From contig OZ059900.1 of assembly GCA_964057225.1 (NCBI GenBank), positions 19,282,001 through 19,346,000 on the forward strand: a stretch of 64,000 nucleotides of DNA, given 5' to 3'. The notes below the pieces were generated by a model, which had not been told where the DNA came from, did no database searches, and worked only from the letters and a program-made list of their open reading frames with translations. The first letter of the stretch is position 1. The number at the start of each line of letters is the position of its first letter. Origin of the DNA: Auanema rhodensis. Lineage: Eukaryota > Animalia > Nematoda. Positions 39,901 to 54,900 of the stretch are shown here, one piece after another. Made by a program: the position numbers and the translations under genes.

Positions 39901-42900
39901 ATTTTGAGCTAGGTTTCATTGACATTGCATGAGTTTGAACACATGAAATCGTAAGTCAAAACCTTGTTTACAGCGAAATTTCCAAAAACTGGTTTTCCAG
40001 CATAATAAAATATTTCTCATGGGAAATACTGTGTTTTTGTATTTTTCTAGTGTTCAGCATGTGAAATGCTTCATTTTAGTATGTAACACGCTGAAATTCG
40101 TTGCATTTGACGACTCATATGAACAAAAATCGATTTAATCAATATTAGCCATAAGGGGCGTGCCCTCAGAATATGCTAATTTCCTTAATTTTCTAACCCC
40201 TGTTTTTTTGTCGTGAAAGTGGAACTAGACGTTGTACGAACAATTTTGAGCTAGGTTTCATTGACATTGCATGAGTTTGAACACATGAAATCGTAAGTCA
40301 AAACCTTGTTTACAGCGAAATTTCCAAAAACTCGTTTTCCAGCATAATAAAATATTTCTCATGGGAAATACTGTGTTTTTGTATTTTTATAGTGTTCAGC
40401 ATGTAAAATGTTTCATTTTAGTATGTAACACGCTGAAATTCGTTGCATTTGACGACTCATATGAACAAAAATCGATTTAATCAATATAAGCCATAAAGGG
40501 CGTGCCCTCAGAATCTGCTAATTTCCTTAATTTTCTAACCCCTGTTTTTTTGTCGTGAAAGTGGAACTAGACGTTGTAGGAACAATTTTTAGCTAGATTT
40601 CATTGACATTGCATGAGTTTGAACACATGAAATCGTAAGTCAAAACCTTGTTTACAGCGAAATTTCCAAAAACTCGTTTTCCAGCATAATAAAATATTTC
40701 TCATGAGAAATACTGTGTTTTTGTATTTTTCTAGTGTTCAGCATGTGAAATGCTTCATTTTAGTATGTAACACGCTGAAATTCGTTGCATTTGACGACTC
40801 ATATGAACAAAAATCGATTTAATCAATATTAGCCATAAGAGGCGTGCCCTCAGAATCTGCTAATTTCCTTAATTTTCTAACCCCTGTTTTTTTGTCGTGA
40901 AAGTGGAACTAGACGTTGTAGGAACAATTTTTAGCTAGGTTTCATTGACATTGCATGAGTTTGAACACATGAAATCGTAAGTCAAAACCTTGTTTACAGC
41001 GAAATTTCCAAAAACTGGTTTTCCAGCATAATAAAATATTTCTCATGGGAAATACTGTGTTTTTGTATTTTTCTAGTGTTCAGCATGTGAAATGCTTCAT
41101 TTTAGTATGTAACACGCTGAAATTCGTTGCATTTGACGACTCATATGAACAAAAATCGATTTAATCAATATTAGCCATAAGGGGCGTGCCCTCAGAATAT
41201 GCTAATTTCCTTAATTTTCTAACCCCTGTTTTTTTGTCGTGAAAGTGGAACTAGACGTTGTACGAACAATTTTGAGCTAGGTTTCATTGACATTGCATGA
41301 GTTTGAACACATGAAATCGTAAGTCAAAACCTTGTTTACAGCGAAATTTCCAAAAACTCGTTTTCCAGCATAATAAAATATTTCTCATGGGAAATACTGT
41401 GTTTTTGTATTTTTATAGTGTTCAGCATGTAAAATGTTTCATTTTAGTATGTAACACGCTGAAATTCGTTGCATTTGACGACTCATATGAACAAAAATCG
41501 ATTTAATCAATATAAGCCATAAAGGGCGTGCCCTCAGAATCTGCTAATTTCCTTAATTTTCTAACCCCTGTTTTTTTGTCGTGAAAGTGGAACTAGACGT
41601 TGTAGGAACAATTTTTAGCTAGATTTCATTGACATTGCATGAGTTTGAACACATGAAATCGTAAGTCAAAACCTTGTTTACAGCGAAATTTCCAAAAACT
41701 CGTTTTCCAGCATAATAAAATATTTCTCATGAGAAATACTGTGTTTTTGTATTTTTCTAGTGTTCAGCATGTGAAATGCTTCATTTTAGTATGTAACACG
41801 CTGAAATTCGTTGCATTTGACGACTCATATGAACAAAAATCGATTTAATCAATATTAGCCATAAGAGGCGTGCCCTCAGAATCTGCTAATTTCCTTAATT
41901 TTCTAACCCCTGTTTTTTTGTCGTGAAAGTGGAACTAGACGTTGTAGGAACAATTTTTAGCTAGATTTCATTGACATTGCATGAGTTTGAACACATGAAA
42001 TCGTAAGTCAAAACCTTGTTTACAGCGAAATTTCCAAAAACTCGTTTTCCAGCATAATAAAATATTTCTCATGAGAAATACTGTGTTTTTGTATTTTTCT
42101 AGTGTTCAGCATGTGAAATGCTTCATTTTAGTATGTAACACGCTGAAATTCGTTGCATTTGACGACTCATATGAACAAAAATCGATTTAATCAATATTAG
42201 CCATAAGGGGCGTGCCCTCAGAATATGCTAATTTCCTTAATTTTCTAACCCCTGTTTTTTTGTCGTGAAAGTGGAACTAGACGTTGTACGAACAATTTTG
42301 AGCTAGGTTTCATTGACATTGCATGAGTTTGAACACATGAAATCGTAAGTCAAAACCTTGTTTACAGCGAAATTTCCAAAAACTCGTTTTCCAGCATAAT
42401 AAAATATTTCTCATGGGAAATACTGTGTTTTTGTATTTTTATAGTGTTCAGCATGTAAAATGTTTCATTTTAGTATGTAACACGCTGAAATTCGTTGCAT
42501 TTGACGACTCATATGAACAAAAATCGATTTAATCAATATAAGCCATAAAGGGCGTGCCCTCAGAATCTGCTAATTTCCTTAATTTTCTAACCCCTGTTTT
42601 TTTGTCGTGAAAGTGGAACTAGACGTTGTAGGAACAATTTTTAGCTAGATTTCATTGACATTGCATGAGTTTGAACACATGAAATCGTAAGTCAAAACCT
42701 TGTTTACAGCGAAATTTCCAAAAACTCGTTTTCCAGCATAATAAAATATTTCTCATGAGAAATACTGTGTTTTTGTATTTTTCTAGTGTTCAGCATGTGA
42801 AATGCTTCATTTTAGTATGTAACACGCTGAAATTCGTTGCATTTGACGACTCATATGAACAAAAATCGATTTAATCAATATTAGCCATAAGAGGCGTGCC

Positions 42901-45900
42901 CTCAGAATCTGCTAATTTCCTTAATTTTCTAACCCCTGTTTTTTTGTCGTGAAAGTGGAACTAGACGTTGTAGGAACAATTTTTAGCTAGATTTCATTGA
43001 CATTGCATGAGTTTGAACACATGAAATCGTAAGTCAAAACCTTGTTTACAGCGAAATTTCCAAAAACTCGTTTTCCAGCATAATAAAATATTTCTCATGA
43101 GAAATACTGTGTTTTTGTATTTTTCTAGTGTTCAGCATGTGAAATGCTTCATTTTAGTATGTAACACGCTGAAATTCGTTGCATTTGACGACTCATATGA
43201 ACAAAAATCGATTTAATCAATATTAGCCATAAGGGGCGTGCCCTCAGAATATGCTAATTTCCTTAATTTTCTAACCCCTGTTTTTTTGTCGTGAAAGTGG
43301 AACTAGACGTTGTAGGAACAATTTTGAGCTAGGTTTCATTGACATTGCATGAGTTTGAACACATGAAATCGTAAGTCAAAACCTTGTTTACAGCGAAATT
43401 TCCAAAAACTGGTTTTCCAGCATAATAAAATATTTCTCATGGGAAATACTGTGTTTTTGTATTTTTATAGTGTTCAGCATGTAAAATGTTTCATTTTAGT
43501 ATGTAACACGCTGAAATTCGTTGCATTTGACGACTCATATGAACAAAAATCGATTTAATCAATATAAGCCATAAAGGGCGTGCCCTCAGAATCTGCTAAT
43601 TTCCTCAATTTTCTAACCCCTGTTTTTTTGTCGTGAAAGTGGAACTAGACGTTGTAGGAACAATTTTGAGCTAGATTTCATTGACATTGCATGAGTTTGA
43701 ACACATGAAATCGTAAGTCAAAACCTTGTTTACAGCGAAATTTCCAAAAACTCGTTTTCCAGCATAATAAAATATTTCTCATGGGAAATACTGTGTTTTT
43801 GTATTTTTCTAGTGTTCAGCATGTGAAATGCTTCATTTTAGTATGTAACACGCTGAAATTCGTTGCATTTGACGACTCATATGAACAAAAATCGATTTAA
43901 TCAATATTAGCCATAAGGGGCGTGCCCTCAGAATATGCTAATTTCCTTAATTTTCTAACCCCTGTTTTTTTGTCGTGAAAGTGGAACTAGACGTTGTACG
44001 AACAATTTTGAGCTAGGTTTCATTGACATTGCATGAGTTTGAACACATGAAATCGTAAGTCAAAACCTTGTTTACAGCGAAATTTCCAAAAACTCGTTTT
44101 CCAGCATAATAAAATATTTCTCATGGGAAATACTGTGTTTTTGTATTTTTTTAGTGTTCAGCATGTAAAATGCTTCATTTTAGTATGTAACACGCTGAAA
44201 TTCGTTGCATTTGACGACTCATATGAACAAAAATCGATTTAATCAATATTAGCCATAAGGGGCGTGCCCTCAGAATATGCTAATTTCCTTAATTTTCTAA
44301 CCCCTGTTTTTTTGTCGTGAAAGTGGAACTAGACGTTGTACGAACAATTTTGAGCTAGGTTTCATTGACATTGCATGAGTTTGAACACATGAAATCGTAA
44401 GTCAAAACCTTGTTTACAGCGAAATTTCCAAAAACTGGTTTTCCAGCATAATAAAATATTTCTCATGGGAAATACTGTGTTTTTGTATTTTTATAGTGTT
44501 CAGCATGTAAAATGTTTCATTTTAGTATGTAACACGCTGAAATTCGTTGCATTTGACGACTCATATGAACAAAAATCGATTTAATCAATATAAGCCATAA
44601 AGGGCGTGCCCTCAGAATCTGCTAATTTCCTCAATTTTCTAACCCCTGTTTTTTTGTCGTGAAAGTGGAACTAGACGTTGTAGGAACAATTTTGAGCTAG
44701 GTTTCATTGACATTGCATGAGTTTGAACACATGAAATCGTAAGTCAAAACCTTGTTTACAGCGAAATTTCCAAAAACTCGTTTTCCAGCATAATAAAATA
44801 TTTCTCATGGGAAATACTGTGTTTTTGTATTTTTTTAGTGTTCAGCATGTAAAATGCTTCATTTTAGTATGTGACACGCTGAAATTAATTGCATTTGACG
44901 ACTCATATGAACAAAAATCGATTTAATCAATATTAGCCATAAGGGGCGTGCCCTCAGAATATGCTAATTTCCTCAATTTTCTAACCCCTGTTTTTTTGTC
45001 GTGAAAGTGGAACTAGACGTTGTACGAACAATTTTGAGCTAGGTTTCATTGACATTGCATGAGTTTGAACACATGAAATCGTAAGTCAAAACCTTGTTTA
45101 CAGCGAAATTTCCAAAAACTGGTTTTCCAGCATAATAAAATATTTCTCATGGGAAATACTGTGTTTTTGTATTTTTCTAGTGTTCAGCATGTGAAATGCT
45201 TCATTTTAGTATGTAACACGCTGAAATTCGTTGCATTTGACGACTCATATGAACAAAAATCGATTTAATCAATATTAGCCATAAGGGGCGTGCCCTCAGA
45301 ATATGCTAATTTCCTTAATTTTCTAACCCCTGTTTTTTTGTCGTGAAAGTGGAACTAGACGTTGTACGAACAATTTTGAGCTAGGTTTCATTGACATTGC
45401 ATGAGTTTGAACACATGAAATCGTAAGTCAAAACCTTGTTTACAGCGAAATTTCCAAAAACTCGTTTTCCAGCATAATAAAATATTTCTCATGGGAAATA
45501 CTGTGTTTTTGTATTTTTATAGTGTTCAGCATGTAAAATGTTTCATTTTAGTATGTAACACGCTGAAATTCGTTGCATTTGACGACTCATATGAACAAAA
45601 ATCGATTTAATCAATATTAGCCATAAAGGGCGTGCCCTCAGAATCTGCTAATTTCCTTAATTTTCTAACCCCTGTTTTTTTGTCGTGAAAGTGGAACTAG
45701 ACGTTGTAGGAACAATTTTGAGCTAGATTTCATTGACATTGCATGAGTTTGAACACATGAAATCGTAAGTCAAAACCTTGTTTACAGCGAAATTTCCAAA
45801 AACTCGTTTTCCAGCATAATAAAATATTTCTCATGGGAAATACTGTGTTTTTGTATTTTTTTAGTGTTCAGCATGTAAAATGCTTCATTTTAGTATGTAA

Positions 45901-48900
45901 CACGCTGAAATTAATTGCATTTGACGACTCATATGAACAAAAATCGATTTAATCAATATTAGCCATAAGGGGCGTGCCCTCAGAATATGCTAATTTCCTT
46001 AATTTTCTAACCCCTGTTTTTTTGTCGTGAAAGTGGAACTAGACGTTGTAGGAACAATTTTGAGCTAGGTTTCATTGACATTGCATGAGTTTGAACACAT
46101 GATATCGTAAGTCAAAACCTTGTTTACAGCGAAATTTCCAAAAACTGGTTTTCCAGCATAATAAAATATTTCTCATGGGAAATACTGTGTTTTTGTATTT
46201 TTATAGTGTTCAGCATGTAAAATGTTTCATTTTAGTATGTAACACGCTGAAATTCGTTGCATTTGACGACTCATATGAACAAAAATCGATTTAATCAATA
46301 TAAGCCATAAAGGGCGTGCCCTCAGAATCTGCTAATTTCCTTAATTTTCTAACCCCTGTTTTTTTGTCGTGAAAGTGGAACTAGACGTTGTAGGAACAAT
46401 TTTGAGCTAGATTTCATTGACATTGCATGAGTTTGAACACATGAAATCGTAAGTCAAAACCTTGTTTACAGCGAAATTTCCAAAAACTCGTTTTCCAGCA
46501 TAATAAAATATTTCTCATGGGAAATACTGTGTTTTTGTATTTTTTTAGTGTTCAGCATGTAAAATGCTTCATTTTAGTATGTAACACGCTGAAATTCGTT
46601 GCATTTGACGACTCATATGAACAAAAATCGATTTAATCAATATTAGCCATAAGGGGCGTGCCCTCAGAATATGCTAATTTCCTTAATTTTCTAACCCCTG
46701 TTTTTTTGTCGTGAAAGTGGAACTAGACGTTGTAGGAACAATTTTGAGCTAGGTTTCATTGACATTGCATGAGTTTGAACACATGAAATCGTAAGTCAAA
46801 ACCTTGTTTACAGCGAAATTTCCAAAAACTCGTTTTCCAGCATAATAAAATATTTCTCATGGGAAATACTGTGTTTTTGTATTTTTTTAGTGTTCAGCAT
46901 GTAAAATGCTTCATTTTAGTATGTAACACGCTGAAATTCGTTGCATTTGACGACTCATATGAACAAAAATCGATTTAATCAATATTAGCCATAAGGGGCG
47001 TGCCCTCAGAATATGCTAATTTCCTTAATTTTCTAACCCCTGTTTTTTTGTCGTGAAAGTGGAACTAGACGTTGTACGAACAATTTTGAGCTAGGTTTCA
47101 TTGACATTGCATGAGTTTGAACACATGAAATCGTAAGTCAAAACCTTGTTTACAGCGAAATTTCCAAAAACTGGTTTTCCAGCATAATAAAATATTTCTC
47201 ATGGGAAATACTGTGTTTTTGTATTTTTATAGTGTTCAGCATGTAAAATGTTTCATTTTAGTATGTAACACGCTGAAATTCGTTGCATTTGACGACTCAT
47301 ATGAACAAAAATCGATTTAATCAATATAAGCCATAAAGGGCGTGCCCTCAGAATCTGCTAATTTCCTTAATTTTCTAACCCCTGTTTTTTTGTCGTGAAA
47401 GTGGAACTAGACGTTGTAGGAACAATTTCGAGCTAGATTTCATTGACATTGCATGAGTTTGAACACATGAAATCGTAAGTCAAAACCTTGTTTACAGCGA
47501 AATTTCCAAAAACTCGTTTTCCAGCATAATAAAATATTTCTCATGGGAAATACTGTGTTTTTGTATTTTTTTAGTGTTCAGCATGTAAAATGCTTCATTT
47601 TAGTATGTGACACGCTGAAATTAATTGCATTTGACGACTCATATGAACAAAAATCGATTTAATCAATATTAGCCATAAGGGGCGTGCCCTCAGATTATGC
47701 TAATTTCCTTAATTTTCTAACCCCTGTTTTGTTGTCGTGAAAGTGGAACTAGACGTTGTAGGAACAATTTTGAGCTAGGTTTCATTGACATTGCATGAGT
47801 TTGAACACATGAAATCGTAAGTCAAAACCTTGTTTACAGCGAAATTTCCAAAAACTGGTTTTCCAGCATAATAAAATATTTCTCATGGGAAATACTGTGT
47901 TTTTGTATTTTTATAGTGTTCAGCATGTAAAATGTTTCATTTTAGTATGTAACACGCTGAAATTCGTTGCATTTGACGACTCATATGAACAAAAATCGAT
48001 TTAATCAATATAAGCCATAAAGGGCGTGCCCTCAGAATCTGCTAATTTCCTTAATTTTCTAACCCCTGTTTTTTTGTCGTGAAAGTGGAACTAGACGTTG
48101 TAGGAACAATTTTGAGCTAGATTTCATTGACATTGCATGAGTTTGAACACATGAAATCGTAAGTCAAAACCTTGTTTACAGCGAAATTTCCAAAAACTCG
48201 TTTTCCAGCATAATAAAATATTTCTCATGGGAAATACTGTGTTTTTGTATTTTTTTAGTGTTCAGCATGTAAAATGCTTCATTTTAGTATGTGACACGCT
48301 GAAATTAATTGCATTTGACGACTCATATGAACAAAAATCGATTTAATCAATATTAGCCATAAGGGGCGTGCCCTCAGATTATGCTAATTTCCTCAATTTT
48401 CTAACCCCTGTTTTTTTGTCGTGAAAGTGGAACTAGACGTTGTACGAACAATTTTGAGCTAGGTTTCATTGACATTGCATGAGTTTGAACACATGAAATC
48501 GTAAGTCAAAACCTTGTTTACAGCGAAATTTCCAAAAACTGGTTTTCCAGCATAATAAAATATTTCTCATGGGAAATACTGTGTTTTTGTATTTTTCTAG
48601 TGTTCAGCATGTGAAATGCTTCATTTTAGTATGTAACACGCTGAAATTCGTTGCATTTGACGACTCATATGAACAAAAATCGATTTAATCAATATTAGCC
48701 ATAAGGGGCGTGCCCTCAGAATATGCTAATTTCCTTAATTTTCTAACCCCTGTTTTGTTGTCGTGAAAGTGGAACTAGACGTTGTAGGAACAATTTTGAG
48801 CTAGGTTTCATTGACATTGCATGAGTTTGAACACATGAAATCGTAAGTCAAAACCTTGTTTACAGCGAAATTTCCAAAAACTGGTTTTCCAGCATAATAA

Positions 48901-51900
48901 AATATTTCTCATGGGAAATACTGTGTTTTTGTATTTTTATAGTGTTCAGCATGTAAAATGCTTCATTTTAGTATGTAACACGCTGAAATTCGTTGCATTT
49001 GACGACTCATATGAACAAAAATCGATTTAATCAATATTAGCCATAAGAGGCGTGCCCTCAGAATATGCTAATTTCCTTAATTTTCTAACCCCTGTTTTTT
49101 TGTCGTGAAAGTGGAACTAGACGTTGTAGGAACAATTTTGAGCTAGGTTTCATTGACATTGCATGAGTTTGAACACATGAAATCGTAAGTCAAAACCTTG
49201 TTTACAGCGAAATTTCCAAAAACTGGTTTTCCAGCATAATAAAATATTTCTCATAGGAAATACTGTGTTTTTGTATTTTTCTAGTGTTCAGCATGTGAAA
49301 TGCTTCATTTTAGTATGTAACACGCTGAAATTCGTTGCATTTGACGACTCATATGAACAAAAATCGATTTAATCAATATTAGCCATAAGGGGCGTGCCCT
49401 CAGAATATGCTAATTTCCTTAATTTTCTAACCCCTGTTTTGTTGTCGTGAAAGTGGAACTAGACGTTGTAGGAACAATTTTGAGCTAGGTTTCATTGACA
49501 TTGCATGAGTTTGAACACATGAAATCGTAAGTCAAAACCTTGTTTACAGCGAAATTTCCAAAAACTGGTTTTCCAGCATAATAAAATATTTCTCATGGGA
49601 AATACTGTGTTTTTGTATTTTTCTAGTGTTCAGCATGTAAAATGCTTCATTTTAGTATGTAACACGCTGAAATTCGTTTCATTTGACGACTCATATGAAC
49701 AAAAATCGATTTAATCAATATTAGCCATAAAGGGCGTGCCCTCAGAATATGCTAATTTCCTTAATTTTCTAACCCCTGTTTTTTTGTCGTGAAAGTGGAA
49801 CTAGACGTTGTAGGAACAATTTCGAGCTAGATTTCATTGACATTGCATGAGTTTGAACACATGAAATCGTAAGTCAAAACCTTGTTTACAGCGAAATTTC
49901 CAAAAACTGGTTTTCCAGCATAATAAAATATTTCTCATGGGAAATACTGTGTTTTTGTATTTTTATAGTGTTCAGCATGTAAAATGTTTCATTTTAGTAT
50001 GTAACACGCTGAAATTCGTTGCATTTGACGACTCATATGAACAAAAATCGATTTAATCAATATAAGCCATAAAGGGCGTGCCCTCAGAATCTGCTAATTT
50101 CCTTAATTTTCTAACCCCTGTTTTTTTGTCGTGAAAGTGGAACTAGACGTTGTAGGAACAATTTTGAGCTAGATTTCATTGACATTGCATGAGTTTGAAC
50201 ACATGAAATCGTAAGTCAAAACCTTGTTTACAGCGAAATTTCCAAAAACTCGTTTTCCAGCATAATAAAATATTTCTCATGGGAAATACTGTGTTTTTGT
50301 ATTTTTTTAGTGTTCAGCATGTAAAATGCTTCATTTTAGTATGTGACACGCTGAAATTAATTGCATTTGACGACTCATATGAACAAAAATCGATTTAATC
50401 AATATTAGCCATAAGGGGCGTGCCCTCAGAATATGCTAATTTCCTCAATTTTCTAACCCCTGTTTTTTTGTCGTGAAAGTGGAACTAGACGTTGTACGAA
50501 CAATTTTGAGCTAGGTTTCATTGACATTGCATGAGTTTGAACACATGAAATCGTAAGTCAAAACCTTGTTTACAGCGAAATTTCCAAAAACTGGTTTTCC
50601 AGCATAATAAAATATTTCTCATGGGAAATACTGTGTTTTTGTATTTTTATAGTGTTCAGCATGTAAAATGCTTCATTTTAGTATGTAACACGCTGAAATT
50701 CGTTGCATTTGACGACTCATATGAACAAAAATCGATTTAATCAATATTAGCCATAAGAGGCGTGCCCTCAGAATATGCTAATTTCCTTAATTTTCTAACC
50801 CCTGTTTTTTTGTCGTGAAAGTGGAACTAGACGTTGTAGGAACAATTTTGAGCTAGGTTTCATTGACATTGCATGAGTTTGAACACATGAAATCGTAAGT
50901 CAAAACCTTGTTTACAGCGAAATTTCCAAAAACTGGTTTTCCAGCATAATAAAATATTTCTCATAGGAAATACTGTGTTTTTGTATTTTTCTAGTGTTCA
51001 GCATGTGAAATGCTTCATTTTAGTATGTAACACGCTGAAATTCGTTGCATTTGACGACTCATATGAACAAAAATCGATTTAATCAATATTAGCCATAAGG
51101 GGCGTGCCCTCAGAATATGCTAATTTCCTTAATTTTCTAACCCCTGTTTTGTTGTCGTGAAAGTGGAACTAGACGTTGTAGGAACAATTTTGAGCTAGGT
51201 TTCATTGACATTGCATGAGTTTGAACACATGAAATCGTAAGTCAAAACCTTGTTTACAGCGAAATTTCCAAAAACTGGTTTTCCAGCATAATAAAATATT
51301 TCTCATGGGAAATACTGTGTTTTTGTATTTTTCTAGTGTTCAGCATGTAAAATGCTTCATTTTAGTATGTAACACGCTGAAATTTGTTTCATTTGACGAC
51401 TCATATGAACAAAAATCGATTTAATCAATATTAGCCATAAGGGGCGTGCCCTCAGAATATGCTAATTTCCTTAATTTTCTAACCCCTGTTTTTTTGTCGT
51501 GAAAGTGGAACTAGACGTTGTAGGAACAATTTTGAGCTAGGTTTCATTGACATTGCATGAGTTTGAACACATGAAATCGTAAGTCAAAACCTTGTTTACA
51601 GCGAAATTTCCAAAAACTGGTTTTCCAGCATAATAAAATATTTCTCATGGGAAATACTGTGTTTTTGTATTTTTATAGTGTTCAGCATGTAAAATGTTTC
51701 ATTTTAGTATGTAACACGCTGAAATTCGTTGCATTTGACGACTCATATGAACAAAAATCGATTTAATCAATATTAGCCATAAAGGGCGTGCCCTCAGAAT
51801 ATGCTAATTTCCTTAATTTTCTAACCCCTGTTTTTTTGTCGTGAAAGTGGAACTAGACGTTGTAGGAACAATTTTGAGCTAGGTTTCATTGACATTGCAT

Positions 51901-54900
51901 GAGTTTGAACACATGAAATCGTAAGTCAAAACCTTGTTTACAGCGAAATTTCCAAAAACTCGTTTTCCAGCATAATAAAATATTTCTCATGGGAAATACT
52001 GTGTTTTTGTATTTTTTTAGTGTTCAGCATGTAAAATGCTTCATTTTAGTATGTAACACGCTGAAATTCGTTGCATTTGACGACTCATATGAACAAAAAT
52101 CGATTTAATCAATATTAGCCATAAGGGGCGTGCCCTCAGAATATGCTAATTTCCTTAATTTTCTAACCCCTGTTTTTTTGTCGTGAAAGTGGAACTAGAC
52201 GTTGTACGAACAATTTTGAGCTAGGTTTCATTGACATTGCATGAGTTTGAACACATGAAATCGTAAGTCAAAACCTTGTTTACAGCGAAATTTCCAAAAA
52301 CTGGTTTTCCAGCATAATAAAATATTTCTCATGGGAAATACTGTGTTTTTGTATTTTTATAGTGTTCAGCATGTAAAATGTTTCATTTTAGTATGTAACA
52401 CGCTGAAATTCGTTGCATTTGACGACTCATATGAACAAAAATCGATTTAATCAATATAAGCCATAAAGGGCGTGCCCTCAGAATCTGCTAATTTCCTTAA
52501 TTTTCTAACCCCTGTTTTTTTGTCGTGAAAGTGGAACTAGACGTTGTAGGAACAATTTCGAGCTAGATTTCATTGACATTGCATGAGTTTGAACACATGA
52601 AATCGTAAGTCAAAACCTTGTTTACAGCGAAATTTCCAAAAACTCGTTTTCCAGCATAATAAAATATTTCTCATGGGAAATACTGTGTTTTTGTATTTTT
52701 TTAGTGTTCAGCATGTAAAATGCTTCATTTTAGTATGTGACACGCTGAAATTAATTGCATTTGACGACTCATATGAACAAAAATCGATTTAATCAATATT
52801 AGCCATAAGGGGCGTGCCCTCAGATTATGCTAATTTCCTTAATTTTCTAACCCCTGTTTTGTTGTCGTGAAAGTGGAACTAGACGTTGTAGGAACAATTT
52901 TGAGCTAGGTTTCATTGACATTGCATGAGTTTGAACACATGAAATCGTAAGTCAAAACCTTGTTTACAGCGAAATTTCCAAAAACTGGTTTTCCAGCATA
53001 ATAAAATATTTCTCATGGGAAATACTGTGTTTTTGTATTTTTATAGTGTTCAGCATGTAAAATGTTTCATTTTAGTATGTAACACGCTGAAATTCGTTGC
53101 ATTTGACGACTCATATGAACAAAAATCGATTTAATCAATATAAGCCATAAAGGGCGTGCCCTCAGAATCTGCTAATTTCCTTAATTTTCTAACCCCTGTT
53201 TTTTTGTCGTGAAAGTGGAACTAGACGTTGTAGGAACAATTTTGAGCTAGATTTCATTGACATTGCATGAGTTTGAACACATGAAATCGTAAGTCAAAAC
53301 CTTGTTTACAGCGAAATTTCCAAAAACTCGTTTTCCAGCATAATAAAATATTTCTCATGGGAAATACTGTGTTTTTGTATTTTTTTAGTGTTCAGCATGT
53401 AAAATGCTTCATTTTAGTATGTGACACGCTGAAATTAATTGCATTTGACGACTCATATGAACAAAAATCGATTTAATCAATATTAGCCATAAGGGGCGTG
53501 CCCTCAGATTATGCTAATTTCCTCAATTTTCTAACCCCTGTTTTTTTGTCGTGAAAGTGGAACTAGACGTTGTACCAACAATTTTGAGCTAGGTTTCATT
53601 GACATTGCATGAGTTTGAACACATGAAATCGTAAGTCAAAACCTTGTTTACAGCGAAATTTCCAAAAACTGGTTTTCCAGCATAATAAAATATTTCTCAT
53701 GGGAAATACTGTGTTTTTGTATTTTTCTAGTGTTCAGCATGTGAAATGCTTCATTTTAGTATGTAACACGCTGAAATTCGTTGCATTTGACGACTCATAT
53801 GAACAAAAATCGATTTAATCAATATTAGCCATAAGGGGCGTGCCCTCAGAATATGCTAATTTCCTTAATTTTCTAACCCCTGTTTTGTTGTCGTGAAAGT
53901 GGAACTAGACGTTGTAGGAACAATTTTGAGCTAGGTTTCATTGACATTGCATGAGTTTGAACACATGAAATCGTAAGTCAAAACCTTGTTTACAGCGAAA
54001 TTTCCAAAAACTGGTTTTCCAGCATAATAAAATATTTCTCATGGGAAATACTGTGTTTTTGTATTTTTATAGTGTTCAGCATGTAAAATGCTTCATTTTA
54101 GTATGTAACACGCTGAAATTCGTTGCATTTGACGACTCATATGAACAAAAATCGATTTAATCAATATTAGCCATAAGAGGCGTGCCCTCAGAATATGCTA
54201 ATTTCCTTAATTTTCTAACCCCTGTTTTTTTGTCGTGAAAGTGGAACTAGACGTTGTAGGAACAATTTTGAGCTAGGTTTCATTGACATTGCATGAGTTT
54301 GAACACATGAAATCGTAAGTCAAAACCTTGTTTACAGCGAAATTTCCAAAAACTGGTTTTCCAGCATAATAAAATATTTCTCATAGGAAATACTGTGTTT
54401 TTGTATTTTTCTAGTGTTCAGCATGTGAAATGCTTCATTTTAGTATGTAACACGCTGAAATTCGTTGCATTTGACGACTCATATGAACAAAAATCGATTT
54501 AATCAATATTAGCCATAAGGGGCGTGCCCTCAGAATATGCTAATTTCCTTAATTTTCTAACCCCTGTTTTGTTGTCGTGAAAGTGGAACTAGACGTTGTA
54601 GGAACAATTTTGAGCTAGGTTTCATTGACATTGCATGAGTTTGAACACATGAAATCGTAAGTCAAAACCTTGTTTACAGCGAAATTTCCAAAAACTGGTT
54701 TTCCAGCATAATAAAATATTTCTCATGGGAAATACTGTGTTTTTGTATTTTTCTAGTGTTCAGCATGTAAAATGCTTCATTTTAGTATGTAACACGCTGA
54801 AATTCGTTTCATTTGACGACTCATATGAACAAAAATCGATTTAATCAATATTAGCCATAAAGGGCGTGCCCTCAGAATATGCTAATTTCCTTAATTTTCT